From NCBI GenBank assembly GCA_053919585.1, contig CM132799.1: a DNA stretch of 64,000 bases. The stretch is one strand, 5' to 3'. The first letter of the stretch is position 1. Every line of letters starts with the position of its first letter. Shown here piece after piece: positions 29,201-39,549 of this stretch. The notes under the pieces are model-generated. The model ran no database searches. It saw nothing but the letters and a program-made list of their open reading frames with translations, and was not told the DNA's origin. This DNA is from Euprymna scolopes. Taxonomy: Eukaryota. A program made the position numbers and the translations under genes.

Positions 29201-31300
29201 TATCAGCATCACCTACACTACGAACACAATCAGCATCATCTACACCGTCAAATTATCAGCATCACTTACACCAATAAAACTATCAGCATCACCTTCACTA
29301 TAAAAACTATCAGCATCACCTACACTACCAAAACTATCAGCATAACCTACACTATCAAAACTATCAGCATCACCTACACTACCAAAACTATCAGCATCAC
29401 CTACACCACCAAAACTATCAGCATCACCTACACCACCAAAACTATCAGCATCACCTACACTATCAAAACTAAAAGCATCACCTACACCAGCAAAATTATC
29501 AGCATCACCTACACCACCAAAACTATCAGTATCACCTACACTACCACCAAAATGAGCATCATCTACACCTCCAAAACTATCAGCATCACCTACACTATCA
29601 AAACTATCACCATCACTTACAACACCAAAACTATCAGCATCACCTACACCACCAAAACTATCAGCATCACCTACACCATCAAAACTATCAGCATCACCTT
29701 CACAATCAAAACTATCAGCATCACCTACACCACCAAAATTATCAGCATCATCTACACTACCAAAATTATCAACATCACCTACACCACCAAAACTATCAGC
29801 ATCACCTTCACTATCAAAACTATCAGCATCACCTACACCACCAAAACTATCACCATCACCTACACTATCAAAACTATCAGCATCACCTACACCACCAAAA
29901 CTATCAGCATCACCTACACTATCAAAACTATCAGCATCACCTACACTACCAAAACTCTCAGCATCACCTACACTACCAAAACTATCAGCATCACCTTCAC
30001 TATCAAAACTATCAGCATCACCTACACTACCAAAACTATCAGCATAACCTACACCACAAATACTATCAGCATCACCTACACTACCAAAACTATCAGCATC
30101 ACCTACACCACCAAAACTATCAGAAATAACGTACACCACCAAAACTATCAGCATCAACTACACAATCAAACAATCAGCATCATCTACACAACCAAAACTA
30201 TCAGCATCACCTTCACTATCAAAACTATCAGCATCACCTACACTATCAAAACTATCAGCATCACCTATACCACCAAAACTATCAGCATCACCTACACCAC
30301 CAAAACTATCAGCATCAACTACACCACTAAAATTATCAGCATCACTTACAGCACCAAAACTATCAGCATCACCTACACTATCAAAACTATCAACATCATC
30401 TACACCACCTAAACTATCAGCATCACCTACACCATCAAAACTATCATCATTACCTACACCACCAAAACTATCAGCATCACCTACACCATCAAAACTATCA
30501 GCATCACCTACACCACCAAAACTATTAGCATCACCTACACCACCAAAGCTATCAGCATCACCTACACCACCAAAACTATCAGCATCACCTTCACTAACAA
30601 AATTATCAGCATCACCTACCCCACCAAAATTATCAGCATCACCTACACCACCAAAATTATCAGCATCACCTACACCACCAAAATTATCAGCACGACCTTC
30701 ACCACCAAAATTATCAGCATCACCTGCACCACCAATATTATCAGTATCACCTACACCACCAAAATTATCAGCATCACCTGCACCACCAAAATTATCAGCA
30801 TCACCTACACCACCAAAACTATCAGCATCACCTACACCACCAAAAATATCAGCATCACCTACACTACCAAAATTATCATCATCACCTACACCACCAAAAC
30901 TATCAGCATCATCTACACTACAAAAACTATCATCATCACCTACACTACCAAAATTATCAGCATCACCTACACCATAAAAACTATCAGCATCACCTACACT
31001 ATCAAAGCTATCAGCATCACCTACACTACCAAAACTATCAGCATCACCTACACTATCAATACTATCAGCATCACCTACACTACCAAAACTATCAGCATCA
31101 CCTACACCACCAAAATTATCAGCATCACCTACACTACCAAAACTATGAGCATCACCTACACTACCAAAGCTATCAGCATCACCTACACTACCAAAACTAT
31201 CAGCATCACCTACGCCACCAAAGCTATCAGCATCACCTACACCACCAAAACTATCAGCATCACCTACGCCACTTAAGCTTTCAGCATCACATACACCACT
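8211..31300. repeat. ~23-kb tandem array of a 27-bp minisatellite/satellite (roughly 850 units) with higher-order repeats
   Basis: Consensus ACCAAAACTATCAGCATCACCTACACY. It reads as the 9-aa repeats TKTISITYT, HHQNYQHHL, PPKLSASPT (+) and GVGDADSFG (-), with recurrent 26/28-bp variants and scattered stops. Confidence 0.99.
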
Positions 31301-31735
31301 ATCGCTCACAGACCCACTTGCCCTTTGTTCAAATGAACAGCTCTTGAAGACAAATTTGACAAATTTCTGGAACTAATTTTACCCGTGACTTGAAATGAAA
31401 GACTTACATCATATCCATTACCAAAACCACTAGAAAAATGGTTGGATCATTTTATCGTTCCAGAAAATATGTCACTCTCGACGCAACTTTCTACCTTTAC
31501 AAGAGTCAAGTACATCCAAAGATAGAATTTTATCACATGTGTGTTGGAGCTCTTAAAATATTCTTTCCTGCCTTGACAGAGTACAAAAACGTCTTCAAAA
31601 TTTAGTGGACGAAGACCATTTCGCCTCCCTACTTCTTTTTTTCTCAAAGAAGAGACGTTGTAACTCTGTCTTTGTTATTTAATCGATATTTTTATGGCGG
31701 TGCTCGACTGAGCTTCAATCTATGTTCCCTCCATG
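31295..31735 (+). mobile_element. Decayed 5'-truncated CR1-clade LINE fragment (related to subfamily B) fused to the satellite end
   Basis: Translates (with lesions) as HHYRSQTHLPFVQMN...FDKFLELIFTRDLK*KTYIISITKTTRKMVGSFYRSRKYVTLDATFYLYKSQVHPKIEF. This is colinear with LGLTLTSDLKWNTYIKSVAKVAGKMVGSFYRYRRYLTADVILYLYKSQVRPMMEY of ORF 41274-41609. Confidence 0.88.
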
Positions 31736-32406
31736 CTAAATGTGTCTGCTTCTGGGACGACTATAACATGTTCGTCTTCATATCTAATGTAAATAAATTT
31801 CTATTGAGCCCTCTTAAATAATGTAAGCTCTACCCTTATAACTGAGCATATAATTACACAATCTATTCAACCCTTAACGCTTATCCTAGATTAGCTCTAG
31901 GGCTTGATAAGTGGTAACTTCCTCTCAAGTAAAAAAGAACAAAAAACACCTTATTTTAGCAGTTCCAACCTGACTGATGGTTATTAGGTAGAATTACAAT
32001 AAGTGAGTGTTTAGCTCTTGTTTTGTGGCCTCACATAAGTAGAAATTAGTGTCTGTCTTCTCATCATAAAAGCCTGATGGAGATTTATGGCCACTTTTTT
32101 GTCTCTTTCGCGTTTTTAACAATTAATATTGAGACATTTTATAACAAGACTTTTTTTTCTGGTGCAACTGTAATAAGTATTCGGTTATTTTCCTATTGAA
32201 ACTGTATTGAAACTGTACAGGCAGGGGAAAAACCGAGATCATTTTATTAATATAGAGAATAAAAAGAAAAAATGTAGGTGAAATATATTGTAAGATACAT
32301 TTGGTCAACATAACTAATTTAAATGTTTTTAGATAAAATTGTATTGTACCTCTACATTTTTAAAAGATAATTATATTATAATATTAACATACAACATGTC
32401 AACTCT

Positions 32407-32906
32407 CAATATTTTGTGTGGTTACCATCATTATACAAAACTGTTTTTACTCTCCTGGGCATGGAGTTTACTAGAGTTTCACATGTAGCCACTGGAATGC
32501 CCTTCCACTCTTCAATTACGATGTCGCTGAGCTGGCGGATATTTGAGACTTTATGCACCTCCACCTTCTGCTTGAGGATGCCCAAAAAAATGTTCTATTG
32601 GGTTCAAGTCTGGGGATATGCTTGGCCAGTCCATTACCTTTACCCTCAGCCTCTTTAGTAAAGCAGTGGTTATCTTGGATGTGTGTTTTGGATCATTGCT
32701 ATACTAGAACACTGCACTGTGACTAAGTTTCTGGAGGGATGGGGATCATGCTCTGCTGCAGTATTTAACAGTACATGTTGGAGTTCATGTTTCCCTCAAT
32801 GAAATGTAACTCTCCAATACTTGCAGCACTCATGCAACCCCAGACCATTACATTCTCACCACTATGCTTGACTGTAGATATGACACACTTATCTTTGTAC
32901 TCCTCA
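32407..32906 (-). mobile_element. Tc1-family (DD34E) transposase C-terminal fragment, pseudogenised
   Basis: Minus strand reads EEYKDKCVISTVKHSGENVMVWGCMSAASIGELHFIEGNMNS...NDPKHTSK...MDWPSISPDLNPIE...LVNSMPRRVKTVLYNDGNHTKY*, with stops and frameshifts. Confidence 0.93.
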
Positions 32907-33874
32907 AATTAATCCACCTTTTAGTGATTATATACAAAATAATATCCCTAATAAATTTCATAAAATAATAGATAAAAATTAAACCCCGACTAATAAATTA
33001 AGCAAAATAATAAATAAAAACACAGTTAAGCTTTGATTCCCAACTTCAACAAAATATCTAAGATTATAATAAGCTCAAACAACAAAAAAATTAATAAAAT
33101 AAGGAATAACATAGGAACTGAAACAAATGAATTAAATATGGAAAAGAGGGGAAAACTGTAGAATCCATATTGAATATCCACTGAAATGTAATTGCTTGAT
33201 ATCGGATATTGTCCACAAATGCGGAGTCAAAACGGATTATAGTAAAAGAATATACCTTGAGACAACCGTTGTCAACATAAGGACAGGTTCTGAAACTATG
33301 TAGCATCAATTAACATAACACGAGTAGAGAATTATGATAATAATAAAAATAAGGATAAGCTGAGAATAAATGTGTAAAATTAAAAAAATAAACACAACTG
33401 CTGTAAGGGATTTGGTTAAAGAACTAAATAAAATTAACATTGAATATAAATTGAAATGGTCGATAGTAGGTACAGCTAGTAAATAAAAACTAATGTTGTT
33501 ATCTATGTACACTTGAATCACACCACATAGTGACATCTAATGAAGAAATTATGAATTAAAAATTAGAAGTGATACAAAGCTGTCTTCGCAGAAATAATTT
33601 TTTATTATCACGCCTAAGACCTGACTAATAAATAATAAAATAATAAATAATATATAATAGAGGGGGTACGTGTTGTAGAAAAATGTTAATATAAAGTAGC
33701 AGTAATTTAAGAAGGTATGTTAAATAAATTAATAGAATGCTACTCTAGCAAGTAGAAACTTAACAAATAATAATCATAAAAACAGGAAGTAAAATTATAT
33801 ATAAATTCACTAAAAGATGTTGTGAATTAATGAATACCGAGACATCTTAATAAATTGGAAAAACTGGAAAATTC

Positions 33875-33875
<1 letters not shown>

Positions 33876-33946
<71 letters not shown>
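33876..33946. repeat. (TA)n(TG)n microsatellite
   Basis: Direct reading. Confidence 0.95.
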
Positions 33947-33949
<3 letters not shown>

Positions 33950-34055
33950 AATGCGATGCTCGCTCTTTGTTTATAAACAAGCAGTTAGAGCACTGTAAAA
34001 GTGGTGGACAAATGTTTGTTTAAATAGACATTTGGCGAGATAATTTACGGGTGCC

Positions 34056-34195
34056 GCTCCCGTGGGTCGATCAGTAGAACTGCTGACTGTCTAAGCGATG
34101 GTTCTAGGTTCAATCCTCGACTTGGGAGAGGTGCTAGTCTAGCGGCAATGATGAGTTGTGATACAACAAAACAGGACTGTATGTCGATAACTACT
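34056..34195 (+). mobile_element. tRNA-derived SINE-like element
   Basis: Degenerate A box (TGGGTCGATCAG), B box GGTTCAATCC at 34107-34116, CTCCC/GGGAG acceptor-like stem, then a short body and a (TA)/(TG) tail. Confidence 0.55.
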
Positions 34196-34200
34196 AATAT

Positions 34201-34232
<32 letters not shown>

Positions 34233-35219
34233 AGTGTGTGTGTGTGTGTGCAAGTAAATGAATATATGAATGCATGTATGAGATGCATAATTTCAAGGAA
34301 AAAAGAAATCAGTAATTAAGGAAAAAGATTGAAAAAAATAAACCATTAACAAAATATAATAAAAAAAAATTTAAATACAAAACCTAATTGGAACATTGAG
34401 TATAAAAATAGATAATTATTTTCAAATTAAAAATAGTACGGCAAAGGAAAACTGAATATAATTAATGATACAGGGTGAACCCCCCCCCCAAAAAAAAAAC
34501 AAAAAACAAAAGAGGCCATCTAGAACATATGCTGTAGAACGGAGGGGAAAAAAGGCCAAAGACCCTCGTGTTTTGATGTGATGTTTTGAATATAATAAAC
34601 TGGTTATTACCAAAGTTTCATTTTATTCGGGCAAAACAATAAGAAACGGGCTTAATTATAGCTGGGGCCCGTTTTTTATGGGTCACGCTGCATAAGGTAG
34701 CCAATTGCGTAAACAGGATTTGGTCGCACTTCAGTTAAAAAAAACTCGCAAAAAAAAAATTAGAAAATAGAAAAAAATAGAAACAAATAAATAAGATGTA
34801 GATAGATGAAAATGTAGAAATTATTACAATAATTATTGACGCAAGTTTTGAAGAATAATGGAATATCAATTATGGTATAGTAAGAGAAGAAGAAATCACA
34901 TAGTAATAAATTTCAACTTTAACCGATTTTAACACATTAAATTAGACTACATAGCTGTATGTAACGATTTAACTGAAGAATTACCTAAAAAGATCCAAAG
35001 TAAGGATTAAATTTACACATAAACAAATACAACAACAAAGGATTAATATATTATTACAGTAACTAATGCGAAGAAATTATGATAGAAAATTAAAACTGAA
35101 TTAATGTGCTAATCACGAGTAGCTCCTAATAATAAGTTGCTTCTCTAAAATGAGCTGCAGCAGAAGCATATATGCACATATGTAATCAATTATGTTTGTG
35201 AAAATACATAATATATATA

Positions 35220-36773
35220 CAGTGCGTTACTTGCTTTATTGCAGATCACATTTTCCTTGATAACTTTTTTATTACTAAACGTAATTAACTGAAATTTTGT
35301 ACAGTTATAGAAAACACATTGATAAGTTAGTCCATAAAATTTTATCCAAATATTCTTACTAGTTCAAAAGTTATAACAATTTTTGAAAAATATGAAATTT
35401 TTACTGTTTCTCGCTTTATTGCAACGTATTGAAAATACAGTTTAAAGGTAATAAAAGTATGAATTTATTTGTTAATTTAATAACAGATATATAAGCATAT
35501 AGAAATCAAATACAACCTACAAAGCGTGACATTTTAACGAAAAACGAATTATTTATCAACATAATTTCCCTTCCTTGCAATCACCTTAAACAATCTATTA
35601 TCAACAGATGAGGTTAGTTTTTTTATTTGAGAAGGTGTTATGGTCCTAGACACTTCAAGAATTTTATTCCAAAGGGCATCTTTTTATGTGAATTGCCGTC
35701 CTCCTTCATAAACCCCTCTTTTCAGAATTGACCAAAAGTTCTCTATTGGGTTCAGGTCAGGAGAACAAGGCGGCCAGGTCATGAGAGTTTCGTCTTTGAT
35801 CCACAGAGACTCAAGGTAGGATTTGGTAGCTTTTGCAGCGTTAGATGGAGCGTTATCGTGCATAAAAGTAAGGCGTCTACGACGAAGAAGTGGAAGGTCG
35901 TCCAGCCAAGGTGACAAATGCTCCTCCAAAAACTGGATGTATGTTTGGCTGGTAAGTTTAACGCCGTCAGGTACTCTGAAGGGTCCTAAGAGTTCATATC
36001 CAACGATTCCAGCCCAAAACATAACTCCTCCCCCTCCTTGTTGACGCCTGATACGATATGGCATAGGATCTCCCTTAGGACTCCAAACTTTAGCCCATCC
36101 ATCTGGACCATCCAGCATGGCTTTCGATTCATCCGTGAATAAAACTTGTTGAAAGTCTGTTTTCATGTATTTTTGTGCCCAAGCTATGCGTTTTTTTCAT
36201 GTTGGTTTGGTTCAAAGGGGGTTTTGAAATGGGTTTTACGTTTCTTGCAATTTCGTTTAAAATACTAAATCTTGTTTTTCTTGATATTGCAGCAACGCCA
36301 GCTTTTATAAAAATAGACCTGCTGGTGTCATTTGGGTCCTTATTGACTTCTTTGCTTATTTTTCGCATGTCACGAGGAGAAATGACCTTTCTTTTGCCCT
36401 TATCCTTACGTGGTGAAATCTTTGGCTTCTCCACAAAGGATGCCACAGTTCTATTATCTCTACCAAGTTCTTCTGATAACTGGAGAATTGCAAGACCCTC
36501 TGCAAGACCTGCGGTTATCCTGTTCTTCTCTGGTGCAGTCAATCGTCCATTTTTAGGCATTTTTAGAACTCCTGCAATAAAGCGAGAAACAGTAAAAATT
36601 TCATCTTTTTCGAAAATTGGTATCACTTTTGAACTAGTAAGAATATTTGGATAAAATTTTATAGACTAACCTGTCAAAGTGTGTTCAATGGCTGTACAAA
36701 ATTTGAATTAATTATGTTTAGTATTAAGAAAGTTATTAAATAAAATATGATCTGCAATAAAGCAAGTAACGCA

Positions 36774-36776
<3 letters not shown>
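35220..36776 (-). mobile_element. Full-length Tc1-like DD37E (TRT-type) transposon with long IR/DR termini
   Basis: TIR CAGTGCGTTACTTGCTTTATTGCAGATCA at both ends, flanked by TA. Imperfect inverted repeats extend ~200 bp (35220-35423 and 36572-36776) and contain the internal direct repeat GCTTTATTGCA. Confidence 0.96.
35549..36560 (-). pseudogene. DD37E transposase with one frameshift (~36190) and one premature stop (35684-35686)
   Basis: MPKNGRLTAPEK...FTDESKAMLDGPDGW...RRQQGGGGVMFWAGI...MHDNAPS...WPPCSPDLNPIENFW...GNYVDK*. I count 37 residues between the second D and the E. Confidence 0.93.

Positions 36777-36848
<72 letters not shown>
36777..36848. repeat. (TA)n microsatellite flanking the transposon
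   Basis: Direct reading. Confidence 0.95.
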
Positions 36849-36852
<4 letters not shown>

Positions 36853-36874
36853 TTTACTATAATAATTATTAAAT

Positions 36875-37020
36875 ACCTATGGACACTACTGTTTCATCCT
36901 TTCGGGAATCATTAGTGCAGGGTGTCACAATTAACACCAGTTGATAGATTCGAACCCAGCGACAGAAGCCATCCTTAGCTTCATTAGAAAGGACCTAATC
37001 CGTTAACCGCAAGAAATGCT
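36875..37020 (-). mobile_element. tRNA-like head followed by a degenerate type I hammerhead-like motif (SINE/retrozyme-like)
   Basis: Minus strand: GCGGTTAACGGATTAGG (D-arm/A-box-like), GGGTTCGAATC (B box, 36947-36957), then CCTGCA-CTAATGA-TTCCCGAAAGGAT-GAAACAGTAGTGTC-CATAGG. Confidence 0.5.
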
Positions 37021-37026
37021 GTTGAA

Positions 37027-37637
37027 TTTTTTTTTTTATTAGATTTTCACCGCAAACAAGGCACATGCCCACTTTAGTATAGGGGGCTACTATCAGGGGC
37101 AACAACTACTGGGACACTATGTAGGGATTTGAGCAGCAAGAAGTCAGTTCACGTTACACTTGAACTTCTGCATGTCAGTACAGTTGGGGAAGCAGGGACC
37201 TGGAATGGAATTCCAGAGTCTAGCGGTTCTGGGGAAGAAACTACTGGAATAAAAGGTTCTCTTGCATCTAGGGATATCTACTGTGAAGGGGTGGGATTTA
37301 GCTGCTTGTCGGGTTTGTCGGGGGTATTTACATCGTGGGGGCACAAGTGTCTGCAGTTCGTCAGAGCATTCACCATTAAAATACTTGTAGAATAGGCAGA
37401 GGGATACAACGTTTCGTCGATGGGACAGAGGCTGAAGCTTAGATGCCAGTTCAGGGCCTATCAGATTGGCGACTCTCTTTTGAACCTTGTCTAGGAGCGA
37501 GAGACTAGCAGCAGATGCACCAGCCCAAATGTGACAGCAATACTCCATACATGGGCGAATGGTGGCCTTATAGAGGTACAGGATACTTTCAGGTGTCAGT
37601 AGTTTTCTAGCATGGTAGAGAGAACCTACTTTCTTAA
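37027..37637 (-). mobile_element. CR1-clade LINE 3' fragment (subfamily A)
   Basis: ORF 37144-37548 reads MEYCCHIWAG...LQPLSHRRNVVSLCLFYKYFNG...SSFFPRTARLWNS. The T-run on + corresponds to an A-rich tail. Confidence 0.92.
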
Positions 37638-37874
37638 CATTTCTTAATATTTATTTTTTAAATGCTTTTTAACGTCTGTCAGAGCGATCTAATCATTATA
37701 TGATGACCTGCGCATCAGAGCTAAATTGACCGATTAATTCAACTGAAAGTGCTCAATGATAAGAAACGAGTTTTCAAACGTATTTATATATGTATATGTT
37801 AAACATATTTAATAATTAAAAGCATAAATCAATAATAAGTAAATAGAACTTATATATAATTAGAAATATTATTA

Positions 37875-38164
37875 AAAGACTCAACAACATCGCTTGCTTA
37901 TCCCTTTCTCCCTGCCAGACAACTTGGAAATGAAAGTAAAACTAAATGAACAGCCTCTTCCAAAATAATACTACTGATGACGACCACGTAATCAAAAGCC
38001 CTCAAGAAAGAGAAATAGCCGAGACAAGACCACCCGGTGCCACAATATACAATTTACCAGCTGAGACCAAAAGAGTTGCTCGTCAAGCAGAGTTAAAAAA
38101 AAAAAGAGAAAACTCCTTCATATTTAATCAGACATGCTTGGATAACAAATTGCTGCCTAAACAC
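37875..38164 (+). mobile_element. Penelope-like element 5' remnant with degenerate hammerhead motif
   Basis: CTGATGA-CGACCACGTAATC-AAAAGCCCTC at 37974-38003, followed by LPAETKRVARQAE...IFNQTCLDNKLLPKH, which resembles the FNxxCLxxxLLPKY N-terminal motif of Penelope-like ORFs (recalled, not searched). Confidence 0.5.
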
Positions 38165-38198
38165 GCGCGAGCGCGCGCGCGCGCGCGTGTGTGTGTGT
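38162..38198. repeat. Alternating purine-pyrimidine tract (CG)n(TG)n
   Basis: CACGCGCGAGCGCGCGCGCGCGCGCGTGTGTGTGTGT. Confidence 0.9.
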
Positions 38199-38825
38199 AA
38201 ATAAATGTATTGATGCCTTTCATGAATTTTCTATGGGGATAATGACTAAACTTCTCTACTACTAAAACGTTTTTTTTTTTTGCCTATCGCATCACAAAAA
38301 AGTTTTTTTTTTTTAATGTTTCAGGTGCATAGGAATAAAATTCCTAGCTATATGTGCATGTAAGTGCGTGTGTGAAAATGAGCCTAGGTATATGTGTATG
38401 TAAGTCCGTGTGTGAAAATGTGCCTAGGTATATGTGTGTATGCGGTATGTGTGTTTTTAAAACTTTGTCCAAGTGTCTACATGGAATAATCCAGGGTTGT
38501 CTAAACAAAGGCTGAATTGCTAAACATGGGGATTTGTTTTGAGCTGAAGACATCGGGTCATAAATTTCTTGTTCAGAGAGAAATTCAAGACAGGCATTTG
38601 TCAAAATTCTTGAAACTCACCACCACCATCACCACCACTACTACCTCTACTACTACGAGTACTGATATTACTACTACTACTTCTAGTACTAGGGCGTATA
38701 ATAAAGAAAATACGAAAAATAAGAAATTTGTATTAGAAAGACAAGAAAAGGAAAATAGGGATGCAATGTAGGGAAGGGAAAGATGAAAGCATTTTTACAA
38801 GAACGATATCTAAGAATTAAGTCAC

Positions 38826-38943
38826 AGAAGAAGAAGAAGAAGAAGAAGAAGAAGAAGAACAACAACAACAACAACAACAAGAGCAAGAGCAAGAACATGT
38901 GTTGGAAAGAAGAAGAAGAAGAAGAAGAAGAAGAAGAAGAAGA
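38826..38943. repeat. Compound (AAG)n/(AAC)n trinucleotide repeats
   Basis: Direct reading. Confidence 0.95.
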
Positions 38944-39492
38944 TATTAGGTTAACCTTCGGTAGCCTTTTAACTCTTGTTTCCCTTATTTTGGCCTTTGG
39001 TTCTCACATTCCATAAGCAATGTTTCTAACAAAAAAAGAATAATTGCTGTTTTCTGGGTTGGATTCTATCCTTATAGCACTTGAAGTAGTATTTACAGCT
39101 TCTTACATCAAATGGTTTCATGCCTTGTTTGGAGCGATTTCCATAACAAAGAAAGAAGAGGAAAAAGGTGAAAGAAGTCAAATAAAAGCAGGAGAAAATT
39201 AGAAAACTAATATATGAATATAAGGAGAGAAAACTAAAGAAATAAGAATAAAACTGAAAGAGAAAAAAAAACATCAGAAGACGTTGAAATAATTCCAAGA
39301 CGAAGAATAAAAACAATTCGAAAAGTGTTTAAAAAAAAATGGTGGAAAAAAAGAAAGTACGTGAAGAAGAGCAAAGAGCATAAAGAATAAAAGTTGTGTA
39401 TGAATTAAGGGAGGGCATAAGAAGATGAAAAAAAAAATAACAAAATGGAAGAATCTGAAGAAAGGACAAAGGAAAAGAGAACGAAAAGCACG

Positions 39493-39549
39493 AAGAAGAA
39501 GAAGAAGAAGAAGAAGAAGAAGAAGAAGAAGAAGAAGAAGAAGAAGAAA
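39493..39549. repeat. (AAG)n microsatellite
   Basis: Direct reading. Confidence 0.95.

Noticed and set aside
8211-31300. Long ORFs as real CDS (mucin-like, antifreeze-like Thr-rich, or RTX-like GGVGDADSF nonapeptide protein)
   Set aside because: They follow from a 27-bp stop-poor unit. Frames are broken by recurrent indels and stops, there is no unique N- or C-terminal domain, and the Asp register does not fit GGxGxDxUx. Kept only as a testable hypothesis.
8211-31300. CRISPR array or telomeric repeat
   Set aside because: Units are head-to-tail without unique spacers, there are no cas genes and the context is eukaryotic. The array is interstitial, heterogeneous and lacks TTAGG/TTAGGG.
37700-37750. 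C/D box snoRNA (ATGATGA...CTGA)
   Set aside because: Too short, with no terminal stem and no recognisable rRNA guide.
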